Shown: piece after piece, positions 9,115-20,500 of the stretch | How positions within the stretch are numbered: position 1 is the stretch's first letter | Layout: every line of letters begins with the position of its first letter | IMG/VR virus record: IMGVR_UViG_3300032318_000609 | Span: 1 to 39,984 of that record | DNA length: 39,984 nt | DNA from: a virus | Lineage: Duplodnaviria > Caudoviricetes | Direction: 5' to 3' (one strand) | Position numbers and translations under genes: made by a program | The notes under the pieces: generated by a model | What the model saw: the letters and a program-made list of their open reading frames with translations, nothing else | Database searches by the model: none | Told to the model about the DNA's origin: nothing

Positions 9115-9806
9115 GTATTACTCTGGCAACTCTTCGCACGCAGGTGCGCAATATGGCTGATTTGGATGAAACAGATTTGCCAGACAGCATCATTGACCAG
9201 TTTGCTCGTGAAGGATTCCAAAGAATCTATTCACTTGAGCGTAGGTGGCCATATCTTCAAGACACATTCACATTCAATACCGTAATCGGTCAGCGTGAAT
9301 ACACCATCTCAACCATTGGTGACATTCGAGAGATTATCTCTGTTGTGGATTCAAGTACCTCTGGTAATCGTTTGACTTTGATTGATTATAACCAAGCGGA
9401 AGATATTTGGCTTGGTAATACAGATGTGCCTTCACGACCGTATTTCTTTTCTTTCTGGGATGGCAAGTTGCAGTTATGGGCTAAACCTGATGCTGTGTAC
9501 CCAATTACAATTCGTGCCTTCAGGAATCCTTCGTACACATGGTTGTCAAATACTGCTACAACTATTGACATTGACGAATGGTTTCATGCACTATTGCCAT
9601 ACTTCGTATTGGCAAGAGTGTACCAACGTCAAGAAGATGCACAGTTGTCACAGATGTACATGAACTCTTTTGAAGAAGGCGTAGCCTTGGCTCGCCGTGA
9701 CTTGATGAAAGCATCAAGTGCACAGCCGGTTATTATGTCTGGTGGTCGCCAGTATCCAACTATGCGTCGCTGGTTGCAGACGCTTGGAGCGACTCTTGGA
9801 CAATGA
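9111..9806 (+). CDS. Head-tail adaptor / tail tubular protein A-like
   Basis: MSITLATLRTQVR helical start, TVIGQREY, LWAKPDAVY motifs; size and position before the nozzle gene. Confidence 0.75.
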   Translation: MSITLATLRTQVRNMADLDETDLPDSIIDQFAREGFQRIYSLERRWPYLQDTFTFNTVIGQREYTISTIGDIREIISVVDSSTSGNRLTLIDYNQAEDIWLGNTDVPSRPYFFSFWDGKLQLWAKPDAVYPITIRAFRNPSYTWLSNTATTIDIDEWFHALLPYFVLARVYQRQEDAQLSQMYMNSFEEGVALARRDLMKASSAQPVIMSGGRQYPTMRRWLQTLGATLGQ

Positions 9807-11419
9807 GCAATGTATCCGTTGAACGCTACGACGACTTCACAGGTGGTCTAAACCTTAGGGCTGACCAGTTTCAGTTGGCTCGCAATGAGTCGCCTGACAT
9901 GTTGAACGTTGAAATTGACCCACGTGGTGGTTTGTTTACCCGTGGTGCTATGCGTGAGATTAACTCGACGGCTATTTCTGGAACATGGAATCCATATCGC
10001 TTGCATGCTTTTTATGGCGCATCACCTAGAGTAATGCTTGCCAGTAGTACTGGGGTGTTTCATTCTAGTGGTACTAATTTTACGCAGTTACAGTATTCTT
10101 CTGGAAATAACATTGTCGCATCTAATACTTATGGTGCATCGTTTGCCAACTGGGGTAGTCAACTTTATATTGCAACTGGAACAAGTGGGGCTTCTACTTA
10201 TTATTGGGAGACTGGTAGCACCTATGCAACCGCTATTGCAATTATAGATGCGGCTGGAGACTTTAACAATAACTACAACTCTCCAGCACGAAATCGTTTT
10301 CCACAATGTGAACATATTGCTGTGCATGCAAACAAAATGTTTGCTGCAGGAGTTAGAACCGACTTAACCACTCATGTAAACAGGCTTCATTGGTCTCATG
10401 AGGCTGAGCCAAATGACTGGGCTGCTGATGATTATATTGATTTCCTCGGTGGTGGAGATGGAATCAAGGCACTTGCTGTTTATTCAGGTCAGTTGATTGT
10501 TTTCAAACCAAACTCAATTTACATTGTTTACGGCTACGAAACGGCAGACTTTGCTGTTGTTGAACTCACAGCACGTCTTGGTGTTGACTCGCCAAACAAA
10601 GTTGCTGTTGCAGAGAACGGCATTTATTTCTACTCGCATCCAAATGGTTTGTTTTTTTATAATGGTTCCAGCATTGTTGATTTGTCTGACAACTTTAACT
10701 CTATTTACCCAAACAACTATGTGAATGATGCCGCTACATCAACTATTTCTGTGTCTTATGTCAACCGTCGTGTTTGGTTGTCTTTGCCTTACTCAAAGAC
10801 AACAACTGTTTCAAACGCAACTGTTAACTTGATTTTTGACCCAAGCATTGGTCAACGTGGTGCGTACACATTGGTTTCAACTGCTGATAATTACGGTGTT
10901 ATCGGTGGAACAGACTTTACATCTTCAAGTGGTACAACATACGGTCTTGTCATTCACCCAAACATTCCACGAGTTCTAAGGGTTGATGCCTTTGAGGCTG
11001 AAACCGATTTGTTGGCAACTGTTGAAACAAACTTTACTTCTTATTACAGAACTGGTTGGGTTGATGGTCGTTCTTATGCAATGAAGAAGATGTGGCGTAG
11101 ACCAGATATTGTTATCAAACAGTCAGATACTGCAAGAACCGTGAATGTCAAGGTGTTTCATAACTTTGAGGAAGCAACTGGTAACGAGCGTAAAACGTTT
11201 GATATTTCGATTGAGGCATCTGCAACTGGAATGTTGTGGGGTGAAGGTCGTTGGGGTTCTGACAAATGGGGTGTGCAGGCTGAAGGTGCACAGGTTGTGC
11301 GTGGCTCAAACCTTGGACTGGCACGTTCTGTGCAGTTGCTGTTCACTGGTCCAACTGGACTCTCTTGGGGTATTGACAGTATCTCATACAAATTTAATAC
11401 ACGAAAGGTAACAGGATAA
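9803..11419 (+). CDS. Tail nozzle / tail tubular protein B-like (P22 gp10/T7 gp12-like)
   Basis: DFTGGLN start, NVEID..GGL, WS...PNDW, LIVFK beta-propeller-type motifs. Confidence 0.8.
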   Translation: MSNVSVERYDDFTGGLNLRADQFQLARNESPDMLNVEIDPRGGLFTRGAMREINSTAISGTWNPYRLHAFYGASPRVMLASSTGVFHSSGTNFTQLQYSSGNNIVASNTYGASFANWGSQLYIATGTSGASTYYWETGSTYATAIAIIDAAGDFNNNYNSPARNRFPQCEHIAVHANKMFAAGVRTDLTTHVNRLHWSHEAEPNDWAADDYIDFLGGGDGIKALAVYSGQLIVFKPNSIYIVYGYETADFAVVELTARLGVDSPNKVAVAENGIYFYSHPNGLFFYNGSSIVDLSDNFNSIYPNNYVNDAATSTISVSYVNRRVWLSLPYSKTTTVSNATVNLIFDPSIGQRGAYTLVSTADNYGVIGGTDFTSSSGTTYGLVIHPNIPRVLRVDAFEAETDLLATVETNFTSYYRTGWVDGRSYAMKKMWRRPDIVIKQSDTARTVNVKVFHNFEEATGNERKTFDISIEASATGMLWGEGRWGSDKWGVQAEGAQVVRGSNLGLARSVQLLFTGPTGLSWGIDSISYKFNTRKVTG

Positions 11420-11700
11420 TGGCAATTACAATTCCACACTCGTTTGTTAGCGGAACTATTGCTGAAGCATCAGAAATGAATGCCAACATGACGGCTATAT
11501 CGTTGTATGTCAACGGTTTGTCAGATGGGACAAACATTGATTCTTCTGCTATTACAAACGCAAAACTTGCAACTAACGCTGTATCAACTCTCAAGATTGC
11601 AGATGGTGCTGTGACTTACGCAAAGTTGGACAGCACGGATGTTCCAAACACTTTGGCCGCAAATGACCAGATTGTGCTAGCAAGTCAGGTATTTGGATAA
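11419..11700 (+). CDS. Short tail-fibre anchor/stub protein
   Basis: FVSGTIAEASEMNAN fibre N-terminal motif; AITNAKLA/AVTYAKL repeats. Confidence 0.6.
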   Translation: MAITIPHSFVSGTIAEASEMNANMTAISLYVNGLSDGTNIDSSAITNAKLATNAVSTLKIADGAVTYAKLDSTDVPNTLAANDQIVLASQVFG

Positions 11701-11882
11701 TGGATTCTTTTTCAATTCCAGCATTGACAGCACTCAAATCTACGGATGCCATTGTCATCCGTCAGATTGTTTCGTCTTTGATTTCTGAGATTGACAAGAT
11801 TAACAAACGATTAGATATTGAAGAAGCCAACCGCAAGAAGGCACAAGAAGACAGAAGGGCTGTGAAGAAATATGGCGTATGA
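11700..11882 (+). CDS. Small coiled-coil protein
   Basis: TAATG coupling; heptad pattern. Confidence 0.6.
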   Translation: MDSFSIPALTALKSTDAIVIRQIVSSLISEIDKINKRLDIEEANRKKAQEDRRAVKKYGV

Positions 11883-12306
11883 CCCAAGTGTCTACGAATC
11901 TCAGCGTAGAGAAATGCAACAAAGGTATGGCGCTGAAAGCGCTATGCAGGCTTATAGTCGTTTCCTCACGCAACAGCGTGGTCAACGACAACAGCAGAAC
12001 TTGAGTGAGCAGTACCGTAAGGCTTTCCCTCAGTTGGTGAGTTCGTATGGTCGTCGTGGTTTGGCTACACCTAGAACTAGTTCCGGAATTGTTCGTGGTG
12101 GTTTGAGTGAGTTGGCTAAGAAACAACTTGCCGATTACGGTGATTTGCAACAGGGTTTGCGTCAAGAAATGGGACAATACGATTTGCAGAGCGCTATGCG
12201 TGAAGCAGATTTGTACAGTGGGCTGACCGATTTGGAAACCCAGAAAGCAAGACAAATAGCAGAGGATGCACAAACCCTGCTTTCAAGAAGGGCTGGTAGT
12301 TACTAA
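11872..12306 (+). CDS. Putative internal virion/ejection protein 1
   Basis: Gln-rich helical protein after the tail genes; RGLAT..SSGI motif. Confidence 0.6.
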   Translation: MAYDPSVYESQRREMQQRYGAESAMQAYSRFLTQQRGQRQQQNLSEQYRKAFPQLVSSYGRRGLATPRTSSGIVRGGLSELAKKQLADYGDLQQGLRQEMGQYDLQSAMREADLYSGLTDLETQKARQIAEDAQTLLSRRAGSY

Positions 12307-13283
12307 TGGCTGTTTTCGATAGAAAAGGAAAAACCAATGATGGAAGAGCACCAGTAGACCAAGTTGTTGCAGGTATTCTTGGAGACCGAGGTTTAGATGT
12401 TCCGGGATTGAATTGGGGTTCTATTGGTGGTAGCGGCAAAGGTATGAAAGCATCCGATATTCTTGCCCAACAAAAATTCCTTTATGATGTTGGTCAAGAC
12501 AGAAATGCTGCAGCACAAACTCAAGCCAAAGCAGATGCACTAGCAAACTATTACACTAGTGGCGCTTACAGGTCTGGAACAGATTCTCTTCTTTCTGGTT
12601 ATGACACAATGCAAGCCAATTCAGAGGCTGCAATCAACAAGCAGTTGGCTGACAGTCTTGCTGGAATTGGGCAGTCATACGGAACAGCACAGCAGATGAC
12701 GGAACAGGGTTATGGGGATTTGATTAACTATCTCTCCGCCAACCAACAAGACCCTTATGCACAGGTACGTGTACAGAACTCTATGTCTACTCCGCTTGAG
12801 GCTCAGGGTTTGCTGGAGGCTCGTGGTGCTTTGAGCCCAGATGTTCTTGCTTACCAACAGGCTGTGAATTCAGCAGGACAGAGTGGAGCAGAGCAGTACC
12901 AAAACTTGTTGAATGTTTTGTCATCTTTGAATAAGAGTGGCAATCAGTCACGAGCCGCTGAAACTCAGATGGCTCGTAATACTGCTCTAACTGGTTTGGG
13001 TGAGCAACGTGCTGGTTATGAGTCTGGTCTGAAAAGTTCTGCTCAGTCCGCTTTGACACAGTTGGCTAATCAGATGGCTCAAAAGAAACTTGAGGCTCAG
13101 GCACAGGCTGATGCCCAAGCACAAAGTCTTTTGGAGACTTTGGCTGGGCTGGGTATCGATGTGTCTGCTTTGCTGAATCCACAGGGTCGGGAGCAGGCAC
13201 CAGTGGCGCCACCCTCTGGTCCAAACATGGGATTGAGCCAAGATGTGATGGATGAGTTGGCTCGTCGTCGTACTGGTTTCTAA
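12306..13283 (+). CDS. Putative internal virion/ejection protein 2
   Basis: Ala/Gln/Gly-rich helical composition; podovirus ejection-cluster position. Confidence 0.6.
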   Translation: MAVFDRKGKTNDGRAPVDQVVAGILGDRGLDVPGLNWGSIGGSGKGMKASDILAQQKFLYDVGQDRNAAAQTQAKADALANYYTSGAYRSGTDSLLSGYDTMQANSEAAINKQLADSLAGIGQSYGTAQQMTEQGYGDLINYLSANQQDPYAQVRVQNSMSTPLEAQGLLEARGALSPDVLAYQQAVNSAGQSGAEQYQNLLNVLSSLNKSGNQSRAAETQMARNTALTGLGEQRAGYESGLKSSAQSALTQLANQMAQKKLEAQAQADAQAQSLLETLAGLGIDVSALLNPQGREQAPVAPPSGPNMGLSQDVMDELARRRTGF

Positions 13284-13291
13284 GTAACGAA
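13284..13291 (+). promoter_or_regulatory. Putative late promoter motif GTAACGAA
   Basis: Immediately after TAA; 21 nt before ATG 13305. Confidence 0.6.
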
Positions 13292-13304
13292 CTAGGTAAA
13301 GAAT

Positions 13305-14582
13305 ATGGCCGAACAAGATATTTCGCAGATTGTCAAAGTCCTTAAAAATAAGGGAATGTCGTCATCTGACCTAATGCAACTGTTTGGACCTGTTTTGGGC
13401 GTTGGTGCTGGCAACAACTATGACCAGTTGTTTGCCCAATACATGCCAACCTTTACCCAAATTAATCAATACGAACCTGAGAACAGTTTGCGTCGCAGTA
13501 TTGCCGCAGAGGTTATGGCTGGTACACCTATCTGGCAGATTGAGGAAGGCATTTCTAATGCCATTACGGCTGGAGACCCCGGTGTTTCGCCTAGTGCACG
13601 TTATGAAGATTATGTTAGTTTGGCCAAGACTCTAACAAACGAATATCAGGATTACAGCACAAAGGCAAACAAGGACGACGTATTCTCTAAATACAACATT
13701 CCACGCCCAGAGGAACGTTATACGGTTGAAAACTTTTTTCCTAAGGCAATGGCTTCGCTTGCACAGATTGGAAAAGATAACCCTCTATACAAGACTGGTG
13801 CTGTTGGCTCTGGTGCTGTGTTGCCTCCTCGTGTAACTGGTGCTACTGCGAGTGCTCCAACAACTGGTATGGATGCTCAAGCAATTCTGCAGAAGGCACA
13901 AACCGCAATGGCAAAAGCAGAGAACTTTACTACTGGTGGAAAAACTTATACACCAGAACAATTGCGTGATGGTGTTATTAAACAGTTGGAATCTGATGCA
14001 AAGAATCAAGAAAAAAATACCGAACGTTTGAAAGTTCTTCAAGACAGATGGAAGAGGCAAACTCGTATACAATTTGATGCAGCAGAGAAAGAATGGAAGG
14101 CTGCTGGATTTGATAGAAACTCTTACATTGCAGCGGCTAGAGCAAGATTTGATTTTGGTGGAACAGCAGCAGACTATAAACAAGAATTAAACATGATTGA
14201 AAAAGAGTATAAGCGCAAGCAAGATACTTACGAAAAATTGAAAAAAGAAAAAAATAATCCCCCAACTGACTTGTATACGCTGTTGAAACAAACAGATAAA
14301 ACGTATTACGATGAACAGGTTGCAAGTGGAGAACTTGAATCAAATTTCTCGCTACCATCCAAAGATGGTAAGCCAACGTATCTCCCATCAGCAAGTGGTC
14401 CCGGTGGTTATGTTGGTCCTGCTGGTGGTGAGTCAACTATGGCGAGAACTTATGACCCTTACATGATGCAAATTAGACAAGCCGTTGTTCCAGTGCTTCA
14501 AGAAAGACTAGATAAGTCTGGCCGTACACCACAGATGGACGCCCTTTTCCGTTTGGCTCAATCTGGTTTGCTTGGTAAATAA
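13305..14582 (+). CDS. Putative internal virion/ejection protein 3
   Basis: Position directly before the giant ORF; TAATG coupling. Confidence 0.55.
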   Translation: MAEQDISQIVKVLKNKGMSSSDLMQLFGPVLGVGAGNNYDQLFAQYMPTFTQINQYEPENSLRRSIAAEVMAGTPIWQIEEGISNAITAGDPGVSPSARYEDYVSLAKTLTNEYQDYSTKANKDDVFSKYNIPRPEERYTVENFFPKAMASLAQIGKDNPLYKTGAVGSGAVLPPRVTGATASAPTTGMDAQAILQKAQTAMAKAENFTTGGKTYTPEQLRDGVIKQLESDAKNQEKNTERLKVLQDRWKRQTRIQFDAAEKEWKAAGFDRNSYIAAARARFDFGGTAADYKQELNMIEKEYKRKQDTYEKLKKEKNNPPTDLYTLLKQTDKTYYDEQVASGELESNFSLPSKDGKPTYLPSASGPGGYVGPAGGESTMARTYDPYMMQIRQAVVPVLQERLDKSGRTPQMDALFRLAQSGLLGK

Positions 14583-17500
14583 TGTCTCAAAATGATGAAC
14601 AGTTTATAGACACGCTTCGTTCGTTGTCGTCTGCAAAGCGTCTTAATACTGCTCCGCCTGCATCACCTGATGCGGCGAAGAACATTCAGTCACAGTTGAG
14701 TCTTCGTGACTCAACCATATCTGCATTGCAGAAAGCCCCTCGTCTTGGAGACCGTGCTGGGCTGATAGCACAAGGGCAACAAACTGCAGGTGGTGGCGCA
14801 CTTGGTACTGTAGGCAAGTTACTAATTGATAACCCTCTCACCAAAACTGTTCTTGGTGGATTGACTGCGGTTGATACTCCTCGCCGTTTTGTGATTTCAA
14901 CTGCTCGTGAGTTAGTTGACGCCGTTGACGGAGACCCATTAACTGATGCTTCGTTCAAAGATTTGTTTAACCAGACTAAAGATGTGAGTTACGGTTTCGG
15001 CACAGCCTTCCCAATGGAAGGTTGGGGCGGTCGTGTTGTTGGCTTCTTGGGTGACGTTTTGTTAGACCCATTAACTTATGCAACTCTTGGTTCTAGTGTT
15101 CCGGGTAGTGCATTGGTTAAGGGAACAAATGTTTCACTTCGTACCGCATTGGGTGCCAAGACTCTGGCTGGTGCTGAGGGACGCTTTGCTTTGGCTCGTT
15201 TGGCAAAGCAGATGGGCGCTGCAGATGATGTTGTAAAACAAGTTGCTGCTCGTGGTCGAATTGCCTTGCCCAAAGAATTGGCAGAGAACATGGGTGTCAA
15301 GCGTGCAGGTATTTACTACTTCGGTAGTCGTGTGCGTGTTCCTTTGTCCGGTCCTGTTGCTGACGCTATTCAAAAAGGTTTGGTAAGAACTCGTCTTGGT
15401 TTCTTTGACACAACCATTGGTGAAAATCTCGGCAAGAAGTTTGCATTGCGTGGTACTCGTGAACAAGGCGACACTTCATTGGCTCGCTTCAATCTTGCTA
15501 CTGGCAAGATTGCTTCAGCAAGAGAGGCTGCTGGACAAATAGCAAACCTTGGTGCTGAAGACACATCAAGGGCATACCAACGTATCGCTCAAGATACTGC
15601 GGCTAAATACATCAACCCCATCTTGGAAGATGCCGACGTTGTTCCCGTTAAGAGCACGGTGTATCGCCTACTGGACAACGCTGAAGACACATGGGCAACC
15701 AAGGGTATTGTGCCTACACCTCAGGAAATGCGAGCATACGAAAAGTTGAAGGCTGCTTTCAAGCAGATGCACACAGACGTTGAAGAGGCATTCAAGGCTC
15801 TTGACCCAAACTTTACTCTAAATGAAATCAAAGCATACTTGCCACACATTGCTAGCGACGATGCATTGAAGTTGATGGAAGATGGCACATCTGCATACGG
15901 GAAACAGATTCGAGAGTACTTGTCTGTGAACATGACTGACCCAGAGGGGTCATTCCGTTCACGCAACAACCGTGTAGGTAAAGAATGGTTCGGCAAGAAA
16001 CTGACCCAAGAAGATGTTGATGGTGGTGTTGTTCGGTTGAACGAGATTGCTCGTGAGACAACTCATGCCGATGGAAGCATCAACTCTGTGCCTTTGTCGT
16101 TTGACTTTTTTGAAACAGACATGCAGAAGATTATGGCTAAGTACGCCGGCTATTACAGCAAGCAGGTTGGTACTGCCAAGTACATGGAAGAATTGTTTAA
16201 GGCTGGAATTCTTTCATCTGGTATTGAAGAAATTTCTATTAGCAAAGAAGCAATTGATGCTGCTCGTGCAGCAGTTGTTGCTAGAACCAATGCACGTAGC
16301 CAGTCATTGAACGAAGCGTTCAAGGCTGGCAAACGTGTAACAACAAACATTAAGACTGCTTTTGATGACTTGCTGAAGAAGAAAGGTCCATTGCAGACTG
16401 AACTTCAACGTTCAACACAAGACCTGAATGACATTCTTCCTGTTGATGTTGCTGCATCTAACTTGCAGGCTGCACGTAAAGAACTTGAAGACACAATCAA
16501 GTCACTTGAAACAAACTGGGTGAACTTCAAGAACCAGTTTGACGAAGAGACTGCAATCTTGTCAATGATGGAAGAGAACCATCTTGAGTTGGTTCGTGCA
16601 CATAGAGAGACCCTTGCAACTGTTGACCAACTTATTGTTCGTTATGCAGAAGACACCCAGAAGGTAATTGACTGGAAGAAAGAAATTCCTACGCTTCAGA
16701 ACAAACTCAACGACATTGAGTTTGAAATGAACAGGGTTGGCAAGAACTGGGAGAACATGCTGGAAGACCAAGAGAGGTTGATGAACTTCTTTGATGACTT
16801 CGCAGCAGACCCTTATAGCGCTCTGACCAAAGAAGGCAATGAACTGCTTGGTGTTCTTCGTTCTGTTCGCTTTGGTGATGTGCCTAAACTCGAAGGTGAA
16901 AAGAATGCTTTCACCCGTTGGGCTGGTGAAAGCACAGGTGAGGCAGTTAAGACTGCAAGAAGTGCTATTGACCCTAGAGGCGAGTTTGGAGTTAACGAAC
17001 TTGGCAGACTAAAGTATGCCCAAGTTCGTGAAATTATCACCACCGGTTATACATCTGGTTCTGACTTGCGTGAACTACGTAAGGCTGCAACATGGTTGGT
17101 TGCTCGTGATGTAATTTTGAATGATGGTGTGTTGCCTAATACGCCAGACTTCTTGGCTCGTTTTGAGAAGATGCAAAAACTTATTCGTGATGCAGAACGT
17201 GTTGATGAGTTTGTAAAGAATAGTTCTAAAGTCACAAGGGTGCAGAAAGGTGCACTCATTGATGAAAAGGATTTGCTTGTTCATCAGAAGATAGTTGATG
17301 ACTTCCAGCAGGAAGAGGAAAGGATTCTCAATATCATTGAGGGTGCTTATCAGCAGGCAGAAAAAGAAATTGTGCGAGAGGGTTTAGACTCTCAGCAGGC
17401 TCGAATTGTCTATGACAAAATCTATAGAGAAGTTAGTCCTGAACGTGCTATCGACGAGTTTGGTCCACTTGACATAGTTAACTTTATTAACAGACAAAAA

Positions 17501-20500
17501 GCAGAGTTGCAAAATGTTCGAACCAAGATTAAGGATGCAAGTAAAAAGGTTTCTGATTACTACGCTGTAAAGAACATTGCAGAAGATGATGTAGTCAAGA
17601 CTGTAATGTCTGGCAACTATCGTGAACTTGCTGAAGAGTTGTCTGAATCTATTGCTGAGTATCACATCTATTCTCAGGTGCAGTTGCAGTTTGCAAAGAT
17701 GACTGAACGTGCATCTTTGCTTGGAATGGTGCCAAGTGAGCAAATGTTTAACAAATTGGTAGCACACATTGTCAAGGATGACCTTGAACTTGCTGACAAC
17801 TTTGTGACTTCACTAAAGCAGGTTGATGAAATCGTTGAGAACCTGAAAGCAAATGTTCTTCAATATCGTGGTCCAGATATGGATATCTACCTGTACTCAC
17901 AGTTGTCAGATATCTTTACTAATCCAGAACGTGTTGCTGAAGCAAACCTATTGCGTGACACATTCCCAGAGATTGAGGCTGTGTGGGCAAGGCACAGCAG
18001 TAACCTCCGTAGTTCCCGTGCATTGTTCAAAGACCCAGATGGTGAAGGTATTGCTTTTGCTACGGCACAAATGATGCAAGAGTTTGGGCTTGACCCAACT
18101 GCTGGAGCACAGACTGGTCGCCGTGCACCAAGAGGTGCAAGACGTGTAACTGGCAAGGGAGAATACACGGCAGACAACTTCAATAGTGAAGACCTTGCAA
18201 GGCTTCGTGTTACCTCTCGTGGTTCTGAAGAGTCACAGATTGCAGAGTGGGACAGTCTTGCAACAAAGGTTAAGAGCAACATTGCAAAGTTGAAAGAGTT
18301 TGCTGGTAGCAATAAAGCATCTGACACACAGCGTAAAAGAATTGTTGCAATTGTCTCTAGGTACGAAGAAGCACAGAAGCGCATAGCAAAGAACAACAAG
18401 GCTGCTAAGAAGGCTTTGGCAAAGATAACTGGAACCAAGGGTGCTAGAACAAACGAAGCAGCGTTGAAGAACATTGCGACTCTTGGAGACTCTTATGGTG
18501 TGTCAGGTCCTTTGGGCAAGGCCCTGAACGGTGGTCGTTATGATGTTGAGTCTTTCTTTGCAGAACTAGTTGGTGGTAGCAAGTTTGACATTAGGCAGGG
18601 TACACGCTTTAGTAAGTTGCAACAAGGCAAACTTGTTCGTGTTGCTCCAGCACGAGAAGAATTTGTAAACATCTTTGAGAACGAAGTCGGCAAACTTGTT
18701 GACCTAGACGGCAAATTGGTAAATACTGCTGGTGAACTTGTTGACGACGCAGGTCGTCGTGTTGACCGTCAAGGAAGGATTATCAACTCACAGGGTCAAC
18801 TAGTTGATGGTGATGGTGTCCCAATTATTAACCCTAAGACTGGTTTCCCATTCCAAGGTGACGGTGCTTCTGGTGGTTATGTATTTGGTAAGAAGTCACC
18901 AATACCAAACCAGTTGATTCAAAAGCAGGATGCTTTGATTTCTCGAATCCGCCAGAAGGCACAGGTTCGTAGGAACAAACTTGCTGGTGTGTCTGATGAT
19001 GCAGACTTTATCCCAATGGATGAGATTCGTACCGGCTCTGTGAACTCAAAGGGTGATGTGAGTTGGGTGTTTGCTGACAACCTGTATGGCCCTCGTGGTT
19101 ATGCAAACCAACTTGAACTACAACTTAGAATCCTTGACGACAAGATTAAGCAAGCAGATGAGTTGGCTAAGAAAGTAAAGAAGACTGAGAAGCAAGCAGA
19201 ACGTGTTGTTCTACCACGACCAAGTGCAGTAGAAGCAAGTCGTACCGCTCAGCGTAGTCGTAGAGCCCTTGTTGCTGCACAGAAGTTGAACGAACTCGAA
19301 TCTTCTTTCTTTTACCCTCGTGCTGTAGAGCGACAGAAGTTCCACGACTTCTTGCTACGTTTTGCTGCAATGTCTGAAGACGACATTGAGAACTTGGACT
19401 TTGGTATCTCGGCTGTTGATGAGGGTGCTGTTAGGTCTGGAATGAACCTCACCCGTGAAGAGGCTTTGCGTGTGTACCGCATTGACCAACAGATGGTTGA
19501 GTCAAATATCAATAGGCTTGAAGCAGAACTTGAGCGTTTGAACTACTACGCCAGACTTGGAAACAATCCTAACTGGAATGCAATTACCGCCATTGAAGTA
19601 AAGATTGCTGGTGAACGTGCAGAGTTTGACAGGATTCAGGGCATACTCAATCTGACTGCTGATGCAAAGGCAAGACCGGGACTACCACAGGAACTTCGCT
19701 TTGGTTTTACCAAGCGAGAGTTCCGTTCTCTGTGGATTAAAGAGTTGACCAAATCTGAAGTCACAAGTCTGAACAATGAGTGGATTGCTTTGCGTAAGCA
19801 ACTTGCTTCTCGTCGTTTGATTAGTCAGCGTATTGGTTTGGCTGACAATGTTGTGGCTGAGAACTTTAACAAGATTTCTGATATCACAGCAAGGATGGCT
19901 GAGATTGATGAGTTGATTGCAACCAATCAGGTTCGTGAGAATGCTGTGCGTAAAGCAAAGTTCTTGCACACCAAGTTTGAAGACCCTGCTCATCAGGCTT
20001 TGATGAATGTTAGCGATACAAAAACTGTTTCTCGTCAGAAATTTACTGCCGCTTCTGCTTCTAGTGGTGACAAAAACGTTATCGGTCAGGTGCAAGCGCA
20101 ACGTTCAATGGGTGTAATTAATGATGCCGAATACAGAGGGGCTGTTGGTTTTGTTGGTGATACCTCTGTTGCTAAGTTGGAAGTTATACCTGTCACGGCT
20201 GATAAGGCTTTGGACAGACTGATAAAGGGTAAGTCAAAAGCAGCAGGTAAGACCATTGGTGGTCGCAGGGCTTTCCTTAAGGAAGTATTTGAGAACTCCC
20301 AAGAGGCTAAGTACTTGCAAAGAATTGCGGATTTGCGTCTTGAAACGCAATCCGATATTGGTGCACGACCACAGTGGGCCACACGTGCTGCTGAACTTCG
20401 TTCGCAGAAGCGGTCAATGATTAAGACCATCAACCGTATGCGTGGTGAGATTGATGAACTAAACATCTCTCAGGCTGTTGACGATATCAACAACATCATC

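Noticed and set aside
11181-11188. GTAACGAG as a late promoter
   Set aside because: It lies inside the nozzle gene and is not at a gene boundary like the other copies.
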